Assembly (NCBI GenBank): GCA_964016885.1
Contig: OZ024742.1
Span: 182,342,001-182,406,000, forward strand
Source of the DNA: Eledone cirrhosa
Lineage: Eukaryota
DNA: 64,000 nt
Direction: 5' to 3'
Made by a program: the position numbers and the translations under genes. The notes beneath the pieces are model-generated. The model saw only the letters and a list, made by a program, of their open reading frames with translations. It was not told the origin of the DNA and ran no database searches. Below are positions 1-15,070 of this stretch, piece by piece (the first letter of the stretch is position 1; the number at the start of each line of letters is the position of its first letter).

Positions 1-953
1 TACAGAACAACACAACCATACAACTATACTATAGAACTATATAATTACAGCCCATCACAACCACACAACTATACTACAGATCTACAGAACTACAGAACAA
101 CACAACATCACAACTATATTACAGAACTATATAACTACAGAACAACAAAACCATACAACTATACTACAGCACTACAGAACTACAGAAAAGGACAAACACA
201 CAACTAGACTACAGATCTACATAACTACAGCCCAAGACAACCACACAACTATACTACAGCACTACAGAACAACACAACCACACAACTACACTACAGAACT
301 ACATAACTACCGAACAACACAACCACACAACTATACTACAGAATTATATAATTACAGAACAACACAACCACACAACTATACTACAGAACTATATAACTAC
401 AGCCCAACACAACCACACAACTATACTACAGAACTATATAACTACAGAACAACACAACCACACAACTATACTGCTAACACACCTACAACGCTAACAAAAT
501 TACCCTTCTAACAAAACTATACTGATACACAACTACTCTTTTAACACAATTGTATTGCTACAGAAACACACAACTATACAGATAACAAAACTACACTGCT
601 ACACATCTACACTGCTAAAACAACTACACTTGTATCACAACTACACTGCTACACAACTATACTGATAACACAATTACACTGCTAAAACAACTACACTGCT
701 AAACAACTACACTACTTCACAACTACACTGTTCCACAACTACACTGCTAGCACATCTACACGTGTAACACAATTACACTTGTAACAACTACAGTGCTAAC
801 ACAACTACACTGCTACACTGCTAACACAACTACACTTGTAACACAACTACACTGCTAACACAACTCAACGTGTAACACAACTACACTAGTAACACAGCTA
901 CGCTTGTAACACAACTACACTTGTAACACAACTACACTTGTAACACAACTACA
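1..953. repeat. Compound minisatellite: about 45-bp unit (built of 8-bp tacagaac-like subunits) changing near 470 into a 17-bp unit (acacaactacacttgta)
   Basis: aactatactacag recurs at 374 and 419 (period 45); ttgta recurs at 904, 921, 938 (period 17). Confidence 0.9.
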
Positions 954-1426
954 CAGACATCGATTCCGACAATGAGTGTTCCAATTGTTCAAACAACAAA
1001 ACAGCGTGCCTATAAAATTAACGTGCAAGAGGCGGGGAAGTGATGGGGAAGATTAAACTTGAAACAGAGCGTACGAAAACGGGTTCTTTGTATTAGAGGT
1101 ATGGTTCATTTTTAGTTAGCTGAATTAGCTGGAGTAACGTGATATAAAGTACCTTGCTGAAGGACATAACGCGCCACTGGAAATCGAATTAACAACCATA
1201 AGATCATAAGCCAGTCACACCTAACTACTAAGCCACGTACCTTCAGAACTACACTGCTGCAGTCGTAGAGGGCGCCGTCGTTACATACATTATGTTGGGC
1301 AGTTAAACCTGGTGGCGCCCATTCTTCTCCAGATAGGAATATAGTTGCTTTATTCCAAAGAAAGAGAAAGAAAGATATATATAGATATATAGATATTAGG
1401 AGAAGAGAGAGCGAGATGAGGGAGAG

Positions 1427-1533
<107 letters not shown>

Positions 1534-1567
1534 GAGACTGGAAGAAGGGAAAAAGGGGGCATAGAGG

Positions 1568-1738
1568 AATTATCGACTCCAGTATTGAATTGGTACTTTA
1601 TTTATCGACCTCGAAATGATGAAAGGCATAGTTCATCTCGACAGGATTTGAACTCAGAATACAGACAGCCGGGACCAAATACAGCAAGGCATTCTACCCT
1701 ATCCGACATTCTAAACAAAATGCCAATTCGCTGCCTTA
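1568..1738 (-). mobile_element. Diverged tRNA-derived SINE (SINE-1 family of this window)
   Basis: Matches the reverse complement of the SINE-1 consensus (ggtactttatttatcgacc...gatgaaaggca...ggatttgaactcag). Confidence 0.75.
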
Positions 1739-1977
1739 TATTTATAGCATAAATATATTTAACACTCATCCCAATCGTCTGTGCATGGAAGTTAGATTAT
1801 GTGGGAGCATGTCTGTTGGAAATGAAGTCTTTATTGCTGCAAGGGATTGAAGAATGGTGCCAAGGGAATCAGCAAAGGAAAAAAAAAAAAAAAAAATCCA
1901 AAAAACTTTGTTGTTTCTTCATGTTCTTCATCACTTCACATAATAACGCCACCACTCACCACCTCTCTTCCTCGTCG

Positions 1978-2047
1978 TTCTTCTTCTTCTTCTTCTTCTT
2001 CTTCTTCTTCTTCTTCTTCTTCTTCTTCTTCTTCTTCTTCTTCTTCT
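1978..2047. repeat. (TTC)n microsatellite
   Basis: Directly visible. Confidence 0.95.
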
Positions 2048-2357
2048 CTTCCCTCTGTTCCCATTCCACCACCACCAAATCACCACCGGCAACATCACCA
2101 CCAACACCAACACCACCACCACCTCCCACTGGTTTGATTCCTTTTATGTGGGGGATGATGGGTGACGGCAGCAGGGAGCTTCTTACTCAACGCTGCTAAA
2201 CAACTCTTAGAATTATCATTGCACTCTTTATATTTTTTCTCTTTCTCTTTACTATATTTTTAATACTGTACTTATTTATTTTCTTTTATTCAGATTGCTT
2301 TCATCATTTTTATTTATTTATTTTCATTTATTATTGTTTATTTCTTCTTCTTCTTCT

Positions 2358-2389
<32 letters not shown>

Positions 2390-2551
2390 TATTAATATTA
2401 TTATTATTATTGTTGTTGTTAGTGTTGCTATTGTTTCCTTTATTTATCTAATTTCATTCTTTTCCTGGCGGCAAACTATTATGGTGGATTCACAAGCAAT
2501 TAGACAAACTATCAGCATTTGTCGACAGGAGATTTATACTGCGAGGAGAAG

Positions 2552-2652
<101 letters not shown>

Positions 2653-2666
2653 AATATATATATATG

Positions 2667-2794
<128 letters not shown>

Positions 2795-2808
2795 AATATA
2801 TATATATG

Positions 2809-2872
<64 letters not shown>

Positions 2873-3146
2873 AATATATATATATATATATATATATTCA
2901 CACATATATATATATATAAAGATTGGAAATGGGTAAAGATGTGTAATATATATGTGTGTGTCTCCGTGTGTGTATGTATATGAGTATGTGTACATATGTC
3001 TGTGTGCATGTATATATGTGTGGGTGTGTATATGTGTTTGTGTATATATGTACAGATGACAATAAAGAGAACAAAACAAAATGGAGACAGAAGAGGAGGG
3101 CCAAACCGAGTATCACGGGGAAATGAGACTGCGAGAGACATGTATG

Positions 3147-3181
<35 letters not shown>

Positions 3182-3182
3182 T

Positions 3183-3226
<44 letters not shown>

Positions 3227-3246
3227 ACACACGCACGCACACTCAC

Positions 3247-3302
<56 letters not shown>

Positions 3303-3817
3303 TCTAGAGTTAACTATATAATATATATAAGCTGTTGATAATTAGTTTTACCTGTGATAACTAAGAGAAGTACACAATCTATTTATTTATTCTAAAATTC
3401 TCCCTCGTCCTGTACCAGATCTAGAGAATTTGTTCATCATCAGTTTCTTTGTTGTTCACTAGTAGTGGTAAACAAGCTTTTATACACCTCTGTTTACTAC
3501 CAGAGATAGACATGGGTTTAGTTACCAGAAATATTCAAGTTGTTTATAAAGTTTCCCCAGTGTTAACTACTAGATCTACAGAAACTGGTTATGCCTAGTT
3601 TTCCCATTCTAACTCCCTGTGGTATACATGATACTTGATTATTCTCTGTTTCGTCAGTAGTAACTTCCAAAGCTATACGAGCTATTTCAAGTGTTGTACG
3701 TAGTCACTCATGCGGCTAGAAATAGCATCCAGGACCCATAGAATTATGCCCTAACAGGAGAGGTAAATTGGATAATATAGTGCATATAGTGCTAGACACC
3801 CTATAATTTATGAAGGA

Positions 3818-3920
3818 GATTAGAGAATTGGATTCAAAATCGTGGGGTTTTAAGTTCGATGCCAGGGCCGGGTGATGTGTTGTGTCCTTGAACAATACGC
3901 TTTATTTCACGTGGCTCGTT
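3818..3920 (+). mobile_element. Diverged CORE-type tRNA SINE (SINE-2 family)
   Basis: B-box-like gttcgat followed by tgtgtccttgaacaatacgctttatttcac; similar to the copies at 48768 and 53597. Confidence 0.6.
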
Positions 3921-4834
3921 TTGCCAGGAATTACGGCAAGTAGATAGTATCAGCATTTAGAATTAATAATGGAATCATTGTTTCCTTGGTTCAATCTGAC
4001 GAGTTCCACACCACTGGGTAAGCGAACGAAGTCCGGGAACTTGTGTGTAAAGTAATTCATCTCTTAATATATACAGCCAGCCTGGAACCTTACAAAATCA
4101 TACCAACGATATTTTCAGTGCTGGATTGGAGTCTTTATTGATTTTAACAGTTGTAACTCTTTAAACTGGAGTAAAACATTAAAAGAAGGGCACCACAATA
4201 ACAATCATTTTAATTATTTTAGTTCACTGTAATCAAATCCTCGTGAATATTCACCTGATTACACTTGAAATATGCTGAGAGTAAATATAGTGTAATTTGG
4301 GTTCGTGAGTTAAGTCCATTTCTGACATGACACGATAAGCTGGCTATTATAAATACAACTGTAATTAATGGCTAATGAGTAATTAAAATGATGGAGATAA
4401 TTGGGTTATTTCACCTGTAAATAATAATATAGGAGTTAATGCTATTTTGTAATCTGATTGTTGCCGAATAGAAGCCGGCATAAAATATGGTGTCATAAAG
4501 TCTACTTATACTTAAGTCATATCGTTGCATGTTTATATTCAAGTGTGTTCGCAAATTTACATCATATATGCCAGCATGTATATAAACAGACATACTGTCG
4601 ACGGATCTCCGTCGGTTACACAATGAGAATTCCAGTATTCAATTCACGGTACAGCATGCTCATAAAATTAACGTGAAAGTAGTTGGGTATCGCATAGACA
4701 CGTGTACCCCTAAGGTACGTCTTAGGACAATTTAACATGACACATTGTGTGACATAGTTGATTCCTTTCATTACAGCTAGAATCTAGCAAATGGACATCG
4801 AAACAGCTTCACTCAGTGGGATCGAACTCGGAAG

Positions 4835-4892
4835 TCCAGAAATAGCCGTTGAAACGGCTTGAGCTCTGCCGTCGAGGTCATACTTTCCCCTA
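4835..4892 (+). mobile_element. Penelope-type 3' stub, family A (half hammerhead)
   Basis: tccagaaatagccgttGAAACGGC-ttgagctct-GCCGTC-gaggtc, ending in (TA)n. Confidence 0.7.
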
Positions 4893-5779
4893 TATGCATA
4901 TATATATATATATATATATAAATATATATATAAAAATATATATATACATATATAAATATATATATAATTATATATACAGATACATATATACATATCTATA
5001 CACACACACAGACAGACATATATATATATATGCATATATATACATATATATACACATATACATATATATATATACATATACATATATATATATACATGTA
5101 CATATACACACACACATACACACATATACATACATACATACATACATACATACATACATACATACATACATACATACATACATACATACATACATACATA
5201 CATACAGATATATATATAGTTGTAATATAGTTATTTTCTTCTTTCCCCTGTCTTCAATTCACATATGCATATCTCATTAGTATTCTTTTTGCTTGTCACA
5301 TTTAGTTCAAACATTCTTTTTTTGACTAAGCAAAACTGACAATTTCTGTGGTGCCAAACAAGGGACAATTATTTGCAGTCGCCCAAACTTCCTTCAAATC
5401 ACACTGTATAGGTGTATACGGATTGTTATATGTTATGTTCTTGTATAATAAACATACACTCAGTCTCGTCGTGGGTATTTTAATCTTTTCTTTATCACTG
5501 CTACATGTTTTTATATTCTGTTGAAAATAATTAAGGATTAGGAAAGATTTAGTAATATAACCAACTTTTTCATTATCAAGCTTGCGTGTGAAAACATGAC
5601 ATAGATTCTTATATAGAATTATAATTGTTTCTACTTTAGGCACAAGGCCAGCAATTACCCAGTGCATTACTATAATGGGTGTTTTACACAAATCTTAAAA
5701 CTTTAAAATAAACGATATTGTACCAAGCTTTTATGAACATTTAGTAATTTGTGAAATGTTTAAAAATTAAAAGAACGTG

Positions 5780-5828
<49 letters not shown>

Positions 5829-5985
5829 GCACGCATGCACACACACACACACACACACACATATACATAGTTTACCTTATTATGCCAAATTTCCATTTTC
5901 GGGAAATATTAGCTTGACAAACTAATATAAGACAGTTTTGCTCATATCGTATCCCTTGTCAAATAACTTTCTCTTTTCTCTGCTT

Positions 5986-6037
<52 letters not shown>

Positions 6038-6800
6038 GGCATAAACTATCATAAAAAAAGAACAAGATGTAGAAAGTTTAAAACTGTAAACGCTATACAT
6101 TTGATCAACTAACGAAACAAGTTCTACGCATTTAATTTCTAAAGGTGTAAATGTGTACTCAGGGAAAACGACATTTCTTTCTTTTAGACACTATACAGAG
6201 GGAATATTCTAACATGAAAAATGTAACTTCCAAATAGTGAATGGTCGACAGCTGCCATTTCGTGTTAAATGTTAAATTAAATGTTAAGAACAATGAAATA
6301 ATGATAATGTTATTTGACTCTTGAAGTAGAATGAAGTGCAGTAGTAAGGCTATTAGTGACTAGGTGTGGAATTCTACTCAGTTGATGACGTGAGGTTGTG
6401 TTTTTGGCTATAAGAATAGAATCCTTTATTCTTATTCATGGCTTGGAAGGTAACTGTGCTACCCTTATTCATTTCTTTCCCCTTCCCAATGTGTTTCTCG
6501 AAGGAGGATCTATTGAGGTGCTCTTTTGAACAGCTGTGTACAGGTGGGATCGTGCTGCCAATCAAAATTCACCCCATTTGGTTCATTGGACACGGTATAC
6601 AGAGTATGTCTTTAGGCATATATTCTTATTGTTGATGGGAAGTTCACCAGCGAACATTGGTTTTTGCTGTACTCAAGCTGTCTTTTCTTTTACTGACATT
6701 TCGTCAGTGAGGGGCCGAAAAAGACAAACGGTATTTACAATTCAGCCACCACTCCGTTGATGGCACTACGGATAGCAACTTGTCATTCAAGCGTAATAAC

Positions 6801-6980
6801 TGTTTCTACTTTAGGCACAAGGCCAGCAATTACCCAGTGCATTACTGGTACTTTATTTTATCGACCCCGTAAAGATGAAAGGCAAAGTCAACCTCGGCGG
6901 GATTTGAACTCAGATCGTAAAGGGACGTAACTATGCTGGAAAGCATGGCGTCCGACCCTCTACCGATACTGCCAATCCAC
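6801..6980 (-). mobile_element. Near full-length tRNA-derived SINE-1 with TSD
   Basis: A-box/B-box-like head (tggcagtatcgg ... gagttcaaatcc); flanking duplication cgtaataact at 6792 and 6980. Confidence 0.9.
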
Positions 6981-7279
6981 GTAATAACTTCAGAAAACAG
7001 GGATTGGAAGAAGACGTTTTATAGGCTTAGTTTAGGAGACAACTGACAGTGGAGGCTGGATATCCGTTGACTTTTGGCACCTTCAAAAAATGTGTAGTAT
7101 GGGTGGATTGCTCCTACGCCTCGATGCATTTATTACAGTTACACATGAGTTCATTCCATTCAAGGGCTGATCTGTCGTTCAGAAACAGGTCATTGCAGGG
7201 GGATAGGTGTGATTGTGGAAGTATTGTTGATGCTGACATAACACGATAAAACGAATGCAGTAGACTTTGTGAAGTGGTC

Positions 7280-7530
7280 GGGGATTGTAAGTGCATCCAG
7301 CCGTAAAACTGAATGCAAAATATGGGTGAAACGACTCTCCAGTTGTGTCAAAAACATAAAAAACCCCCTAGGCTAGTACCATCTACGTGCGGCGTTTGTC
7401 ATTTTGAAAAGAACAGGAAGAATGGATCACGATCTATCTAAGAGATCAGTGACTTCGATTAAGAAATAAGCACAAATCAAAACATTGACTGTGGGGGGAA
7501 AAACGGACGCTAAATGATGATGATGATGTA
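7280..7530 (+). mobile_element. Retroposon 3' end with (TGA)n tail, RTE-type
   Basis: gcatccagccgtaaaac ... aaaacggacgctaaatgatgatgatgatg; short tandem-repeat tails are typical of RTE-mobilised elements. Confidence 0.45.
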
Positions 7531-7668
7531 GATGTAAGTGTGTATGTATACACACATATATATAAACAGATACATGTATATGTATATAAAAAAAATAAAC
7601 TATATTTACGTACTTGTATTAAAAGACCGGTATGTCTGCATAATTCTCTATATATATGTGTGAGCGTG

Positions 7669-7716
<48 letters not shown>

Positions 7717-7762
7717 ATTTATATATGAGTGTGTGTTTGTGTATGTGCATACACACACACAC

Positions 7763-7838
<76 letters not shown>

Positions 7839-7842
7839 GTAT

Positions 7843-7879
<37 letters not shown>

Positions 7880-7883
7880 GTAT

Positions 7884-7918
<35 letters not shown>

Positions 7919-7919
7919 G

Positions 7920-7979
<60 letters not shown>

Positions 7980-8009
7980 GTATTATATATATATATATAT
8001 ATATATATA

Positions 8010-8190
8010 ATGAAAAATTTGAACAGGGACAGAACAGAGAGGCAGTACAATAAATGTTTATTAAATTCACGCTCAGGAGAGTGGGGAGGGGGGTAGGGGA
8101 GGGACGACGTTTCGGGCATAAGCCCTTCCTCAGGTGAGAAGTGTGTGGGAACAGAGTTCAAAAGGTGTGTAGGGGAGTGGTGGAGAGACA
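8010..8190 (-). mobile_element. Penelope-type pLTR stub, family E, with minimal hammerhead core
   Basis: Minus strand reads CTGAGGA-a-gggc-ttat-gccc-GAAAC-GTC (about 8106-8133); flanked by (TA)n; homologous to 22775-23246. Confidence 0.7.
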
Positions 8191-8243
8191 TATATATATA
8201 CGTATTTATATATATTATATATTATATATTATATATATATTAA

Positions 8244-8432
8244 GGGCGGTGGATTGGCAGTATCGGTAGAGGGTTGGACGCCATGCTTTCCAGCATAGTT
8301 ACGTCCCTTTACGATCTGAGTTCAAATCCCGCCGAGGTTGACTTTGCCTTTCATCCTTACGGGGTCGATAAAATAAAGTACCAGTAATGCACTGGGTAAT
8401 TGCTGGCCTTGTGCCTAAAGTAGAAACAATTA
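8244..8432 (+). mobile_element. Full-length tRNA-derived SINE-1
   Basis: ggcggtggattggcagtatcgg ... gagttcaaatcccgccgagg ... gtgcctaaagtagaaacaatt; near-identical to many copies in the window. Confidence 0.92.
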
Positions 8433-8448
8433 TATATTATATATATTA

Positions 8449-9164
8449 TCTATATATATAAAACTGAGGATGTCTGTGTGTGTGTGAACTTGAATCCCTA
8501 AAACTAGAGAACCACCCAACCGACTGTTTTTAAACTTTACACGTGTAATACGGATGTTTCAGGGAATGTTCTGAGCAACGATCTATCTCTATAATTCTTA
8601 GTATTTCACATATAACGTCGCGCCCTTATAATATATGCCTGTATGTCTGCCGGTCTGCATTACGTCACTTCCCTGAGGATTTATGTATGTGTGTGTGAGT
8701 GTGTGTGTGTGTCTGTGAGTTTGAATCCCTAAAACTCGAGAAGTACCCAACCGATCTTTTTCAAACTTTACGTGTGTATTACTTATGTTTCAGGGAGTGT
8801 TATGCACATAAACAAAATCAACATTTTAATCTCCTAGGGCCCGCATTAGGTGAAAAACTGCATTTTAAAAGCTTTTTAGGGCTTTTTGGAGGCGTTACGT
8901 CTAGCTGATTTTTCCCGAAATTTCAATATATATTATGCACATTAAAAAAATTCATTTTCTTGATCTCCTAGGGCCCGCATTAGGTGAAAACCTGCATTTT
9001 TCGTGCTTCATCGAGGAAAATCTTAAAGATTATCCAGCCATCAGAGTATTCAGTTTATTTTCTTAAACATATTGTCCAAGCATGGAGTTTTTCCACGATT
9101 AGGTCTGTTGGCGGCCCGCGTTCCAAAATACCTTATCCCGCGCAACGCCAGGTACCAATGCTAG
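8449..9164 (+). mobile_element. Non-autonomous Helitron
   Basis: A|TCTATATATATAAAA 5' end; subterminal GC-rich hairpin-like cccgcgcaacgccaggt then CTAG|T 3' end; internal duplicated blocks (8464/8673; tctcctagggcccgcattaggtgaaaa at 8830 and 8964). Confidence 0.8.
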
Positions 9165-9166
9165 TT

Positions 9167-9238
<72 letters not shown>

Positions 9239-9491
9239 TATATACATATATACAGTATATATATATTTATATATTTTATATATACATATATTATATTTAT
9301 ATTATTTATTTTATATATATATATACATATCTATACATATATATATATGTATGTATATATTATATATCTTATTCATTTTATATATATATATTATATATAT
9401 ATATCACCCCCACTCTCAAGCGTGAATCTAATACCTCACTATTGGTACTGCACACTTTGTTATTGTTTTTTTTTGTTTGTTTTTTGACTAC

Positions 9492-9544
<53 letters not shown>

Positions 9545-9547
<3 letters not shown>

Positions 9548-9593
9548 ACAGTCAGGACCCAGACGGCTGAGCTCCGGCCATTTCGACAGCTAG

Positions 9594-9598
<5 letters not shown>
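9545..9598 (-). mobile_element. Family A variant stub (half hammerhead)
   Basis: gacggctgagctccggccatttcgacagctagatcc between (TA)n tracts; matches the variant at 39190. Confidence 0.6.
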
Positions 9599-9651
<53 letters not shown>

Positions 9652-9652
<1 letters not shown>

Positions 9653-9909
9653 GAGGGCAATCCCAAAAGTAAGGTCTCCTTCCGATATTGCAACTTTTCC
9701 GTTAAAATCCTGTGGATGGTGCTTCGGGAAACCTCAGGAACCAAATGCAGAGAACGGTTGCCAAGCCAAGGTGGAGCATCCCAGCGAAGCGCGCGCATGT
9801 TTGTTTGGGAGTGAAGGAAGCACCAATAACAACAGTGTTATCAACAGCCATACGAACAGTTTCTCTGCCTCCCCATCGCTTTGGAGACCTTACTTTTGGG
9901 ATTACCCTC

Positions 9910-9910
<1 letters not shown>
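9652..9910 (-). mobile_element. Internally deleted mariner-type element (MITE)
   Basis: About 28-bp TIRs cgagggcaatcccaaaagtaaggtctcc / ggagaccttacttttgggattaccctcg, TA flanks; minus-strand remnant [18 protein letters not shown] resembles a mariner transposase HTH. Confidence 0.85.
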
Positions 9911-9968
<58 letters not shown>

Positions 9969-9969
9969 T

Positions 9970-10034
<65 letters not shown>

Positions 10035-10039
10035 TAAAA

Positions 10040-10081
<42 letters not shown>

Positions 10082-10182
10082 ATATATATATTATATATAT
10101 ATATGTATATATATATATAATATATATAGTATATATTATATATGTATATATATATACCTTTTACATACACACACACACACAC

Positions 10183-10214
<32 letters not shown>

Positions 10215-10237
10215 CATTTACATACATACACACACAC

Positions 10238-10268
<31 letters not shown>

Positions 10269-10280
10269 TACCTTTTACAT

Positions 10281-10333
<53 letters not shown>

Positions 10334-10349
10334 TATACCTTTTACATAT

Positions 10350-10424
<75 letters not shown>

Positions 10425-10697
10425 AATAAATGTATATATATAATCGAAGCTTAGTAATTCAGTTATTAAAACCGAAGAATGCGCTAGGGCTTTTGGAATG
10501 TATTGATCGCCTGTCACATATTCATGGAAGAAAGCACATGTATGCACGTACACATACAAACATGCATGCCTGCATGAACACGGACTGGCAAACAGCGATA
10601 TTCCTACGTGGAATTACAGAGTGCAAACAATTTATCGTCACAACTAGTAGTCGTATTCATGTACATATATATACACAAACACACAAACACTCACACA

Positions 10698-10763
<66 letters not shown>

Positions 10764-10930
10764 CACACACATATACATGTGTGTGTGTGGGTGCTTGTGT
10801 CTGTGTGTGCGTGCGGTTACATTTGTGTGTGTGCCTGTGTGAGTACACATAACCGCTTACACAAATCCTAAAGCTATAACTATAGTGTATATGCAGAGAT
10901 ATGCTTTGTTTAACAAGCCCCCACCCATAT

Positions 10931-11005
<75 letters not shown>

Positions 11006-11124
11006 TGTATTAGATCTTAGTGTAACTTCATTGTTGACTTTCCCGATTTTTTGTGCCTTTATATCTATATATATCTACGCATGGTGTTCGATAGATATTG
11101 TCTAGGCAATATTAACTGATGTAT

Positions 11125-11161
<37 letters not shown>

Positions 11162-11366
11162 GTATATATATATGGCTGTCTGTGTATAATATATATGTAT
11201 ATATAATGCGTATTTGCCCGAGGACTAATCTTAAATCCTTCTTTTATTTCGAGAATCCCAATAAGAAATAATAACACTATTTATATGTATATCTATATCT
11301 ACGAATCTTTTTATCTCTCTCTCGCTCCCCCCTCTCTCTCTCTCTCTCTCTCTCGCTCTCCCCCTC

Positions 11367-11410
<44 letters not shown>

Positions 11411-11635
11411 ATGCGTGTGTATGAATACATACCGATGAATTATTGAACAGGCGAATACTGAAAATATACACAGCATAATTCGAAATATCTATTAAATCAT
11501 ACCCAAAGATTATGCAATTATAGATACACACAGACGCATAACACTTATATATATAACTTGGGCACGTTTCTTCTAAAATGTCCTCGGCTTGACCCTTACT
11601 TCAGAGTGAAGCTGTAGGAACAAGTCCTGTACATA

Positions 11636-11703
11636 CAGGATGTTTTTCGCCCCTTATTTATTAGAATCGTGTTAAAGTGTGTATTAATTTCCGGAACACC
11701 CTG
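11636..11703. mobile_element. Truncated Tc1-type mini-MITE
   Basis: caggatgtt...ggaacaccctg ends; internal similarity to the copies at 16122 and 30637. Confidence 0.5.
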
Positions 11704-11704
11704 G

Positions 11705-11786
<82 letters not shown>

Positions 11787-11824
11787 TTTGGGAGAAACAG
11801 GGCGCTGTGTGATTACTTGATATA

Positions 11825-11866
<42 letters not shown>

Positions 11867-12701
11867 TATATATATATATAAGTTTAAATATTCATTTATT
11901 AAGGCTAGATAGTCATCTTGTTACTCTGGAGTTTCATTTGCTCACAGATTCATTCCAGAGCAGACACATACTTTAAATTGTTGCAAGGCAACAGTCCCAG
12001 GTAGGAATAATTGCAGGAAAGTAGAGATAAATTAATGATTCAATAACTGAACATAGGAAAACCTTAAAATACTTACAATGCAAATCATTTAAAAAAATCA
12101 GTATCTCGTTGTTTAACATAGAAAGACTTGTACAGTACTCTTTCAGACTTAAGTGGGAATCTGCTAATCATTGATTCATTGTAAACCAATAATTAACAAA
12201 TTCTGACCTATTAGCCCTCATTTTCTACCGAGTCCATGAGTTTAATCATAAAATGTCCACTGTACTACTAATATTTCAAATCGATACTGGTATTCCACGT
12301 GTTAGAATTTAGCTTACAGTTAATTAGTCAACCTGACAGTAGCATTGACAAGCTAGCTGCCTGGAGCATGTCTGCAGTACTAAACATAGAAACACCACTT
12401 TACCAATGAAGACACTCGGCTAATATTGAAAAAAATTGAGGGTAGTTAGTTATATGGAATAAGATCGATATACGATGATTTCAATTTAGTTGCTAACAAC
12501 TGCTCATAGCAACAACTGCCAGAGCCAAAAATGCCGGCGCCAAAAAATAGTGCTACCCTTAGAATAAACAATCGATCATCGATCACCAACTATGGATTTG
12601 AGTTAAATCATGGTAGACGCGAATCAATCATCAGAAGATTTAAATAAATTTAATTAAATATAATTGTAATTAAGTATATTGTAGAAAATACCTGAAAGAG
12701 T

Positions 12702-14640
12702 TGGGACGCTTCTTTCTCATCTTCTGTAAGCAGAAGGCTCAGAGTGGGTCTTCGGCCCACATACATAGCACTTGTGGCGCCTTCCTTCCACACTTATGGG
12801 GAGTTGCTAGCCATCTTCGTGGTCTGTCATGCCTCGATGCACTCCTGGTTGGTTTGGATGAGCAACTACATCCCAATACCAGACCAGTCCTCTCTTCCCC
12901 TCTAATGCACCTGGAGAATGGTCGTTTTATCCTCGATGCCCGTAAGGACAGACACGACCAACCAAGGCAGCGTACGTCGGGCGAGACCTGGATCACCCTG
13001 ACCCTTACGGTTTTTTGCCCACAATTGGAAGAAACCAGCAGTTAAATATGAACGGAAACAACTCCCAAATAAACTGAAAATCGATAAGCTCAAAACTAAT
13101 ACTATAATAATCCTTTTGCTTAATGTTTAGATAAAACTGAGTAGAAGGTAAATATCACGGAAACATTGAGGAATCCTGGACAAAGCTGAGGGATAAAATC
13201 TATGAATCTTCGAAGGAGGTTCTTGGCTTTTCTAAAAGGAAGAGCTAAGACTAGTTTGCTGAAAATGATGAAATCATAAATTGGGAACTTCAAAAGATAT
13301 ACAGGCTACACAAGAAATGGATGGTGGACAAATATAATTGTCAAAAGAAAACAACAACAAAAAAAAAACATTAAACAGTGGCAAAACAATACAGTTCAAG
13401 AATAGCTACGAACAATGAAGTAAAAATGGTCGGACAAAAATGTAATAGCTATTCAGAAATCATTTGACAGGCATAATATGAAATCTTTTTATTGAAATTT
13501 GAAGGGAGTGTTTGGACCAAGCACGGATGGATGCTCTCTCATCTTCTCAGTTGATGACAATCTCTTAATAAAACGGCAGGATATAATAAAGCGTTGAGCA
13601 GAGCACCTTAAAGAACTCCTCAACTGATAATCAAAAGCTGATACAAATGTGGTAGAAAACCTCCCCCAGAGACCAATTATGGATTATCTTACAAATACAC
13701 CATCAACAGCAGATGTAAAGGCTGCTATTAAACTACTGACAGATGGGAAAGCTCCTGGGGAGGATGTCATACCTGGAGACAATGGTCTGATAGAGAAACT
13801 CACTGAACCTCTTGTGAAGATCTGGAAATCTGGGTCGGACCCCAACAATTGAAAGGTGCCATAGATATTCATCTGTACAAACACAAAGGCAGTAAGTGTT
13901 GAGTGTGACAACCACCAATGCATTTTATTACTTTCTATTGCAGGAAACATGCTTGTGCGATTCGTACTGAATAGAATCAATGAAAACTTGGTTGCTAACA
14001 TTTACTATGTTAGTCAATGTAGCTTCAGGTCAGGCTGTCGAACTGGGGATAAGATCTTCAGCAAGTATAGGAAAAGTCTCGTGAGCTTGACAAAGAGTTG
14101 TAATCTTTGCTGAGATCACAAACATCTCCGACATCGTATCATGCGGGGCTTTAAGGAAGGGTCTCGGAATGTTCGGCGTTCCCGAACAAATGCTCAAAGG
14201 CAATATATAATTACACAAAAACATGAAAGCCTTTCCATACTCTAATAGTGAACAGAGTCATTTTATGTAAAAAAAATGGTAGAAAATATGGATGTGTATT
14301 GGCCCCAATGCTCTTTCTTTTATTCATTTCGGTAATGCTTCAATAAGCTTTCTCAGACGTTACTGAAGGTGTCTTATTGGAATATTGAACTACAGGGGGC
14401 ATCTACTATCAAAACGCTTCAAAGCAAAAACTAGAATAGCTTATATAACTTTATGCGATTTGCTCTTTGCAGATGACTGTGAATTACTTGCACAAATCCG
14501 ACGAGACATGCAGTTCATTGTTCATAAGTTTACTTCAGCAGCTAGAGGTTTCGGGCTAACAATAAGCATAAATAAATCTGAATTCCTGTTTTAACCAAGA
14601 CCAGGAAATAGTCTTCAATCTCTGCCACGAATTGCGAAAA
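12702..14640 (+). mobile_element. Degraded RTE-clade LINE (RT pseudogene; 12702-13040 possibly 5' UTR)
   Basis: Fragmented RT motifs: AEHLKELLN, GKAPGED, LLSIAGNMLVR..LNR, FRSGCRT.DKIF, GCVLAPMLF, DLLFADDC, FGLTISINKSE; many stops and frameshifts. Confidence 0.85.
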
Positions 14641-14970
14641 CACAATGATCAACATAACTCAGTTCCTGCAACCTATCAATGTCTTCATTGCAACTGTCCA
14701 GCTAAGTCAAATGTTGCGGTAAAGTGTCATCTCAGGACTCATACCGTTCCTGAAAACGTGGAACACTTGACATTCAGTGTCTGTAAACCGTCCCTGTAAA
14801 AGTGCTACAGGCCTGAAATTGCACATGCTTGCTCACCAAATGGAATAACGTTGAGACATTTTCATTGCTGAAATCCACTAACCGGTTCTTGCCTGGGATA
14901 TGCTTTTCCGTTCTCTTCTGATGAACACTCTTACGTCGTTTTCGACAGGAGAATCCATCATATATATACA

Positions 14971-15044
14971 TGAAAAAGTATGACCCCGACGGCAGAGCTC
15001 AAGCTGTTTCGACGGCTATTTCAATCCAGAAATAGCCGTCGAAA
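14971..15044 (-). mobile_element. Family A fold-back stub
   Basis: gaccccgacggcagagctcaagctgtttcgacggctatttc-aatcca-gaaatagccgtcgaaa between TA runs. Confidence 0.8.
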
Positions 15045-15070
15045 TATATATATATATATATATTAATATG

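Noticed and set aside
8244-8330. tRNA genes in SINE heads (also 48768, 53597, 62387)
   Set aside because: A/B boxes are present but I could not form a full cloverleaf, and each continues into a SINE body; several copies have TSDs.
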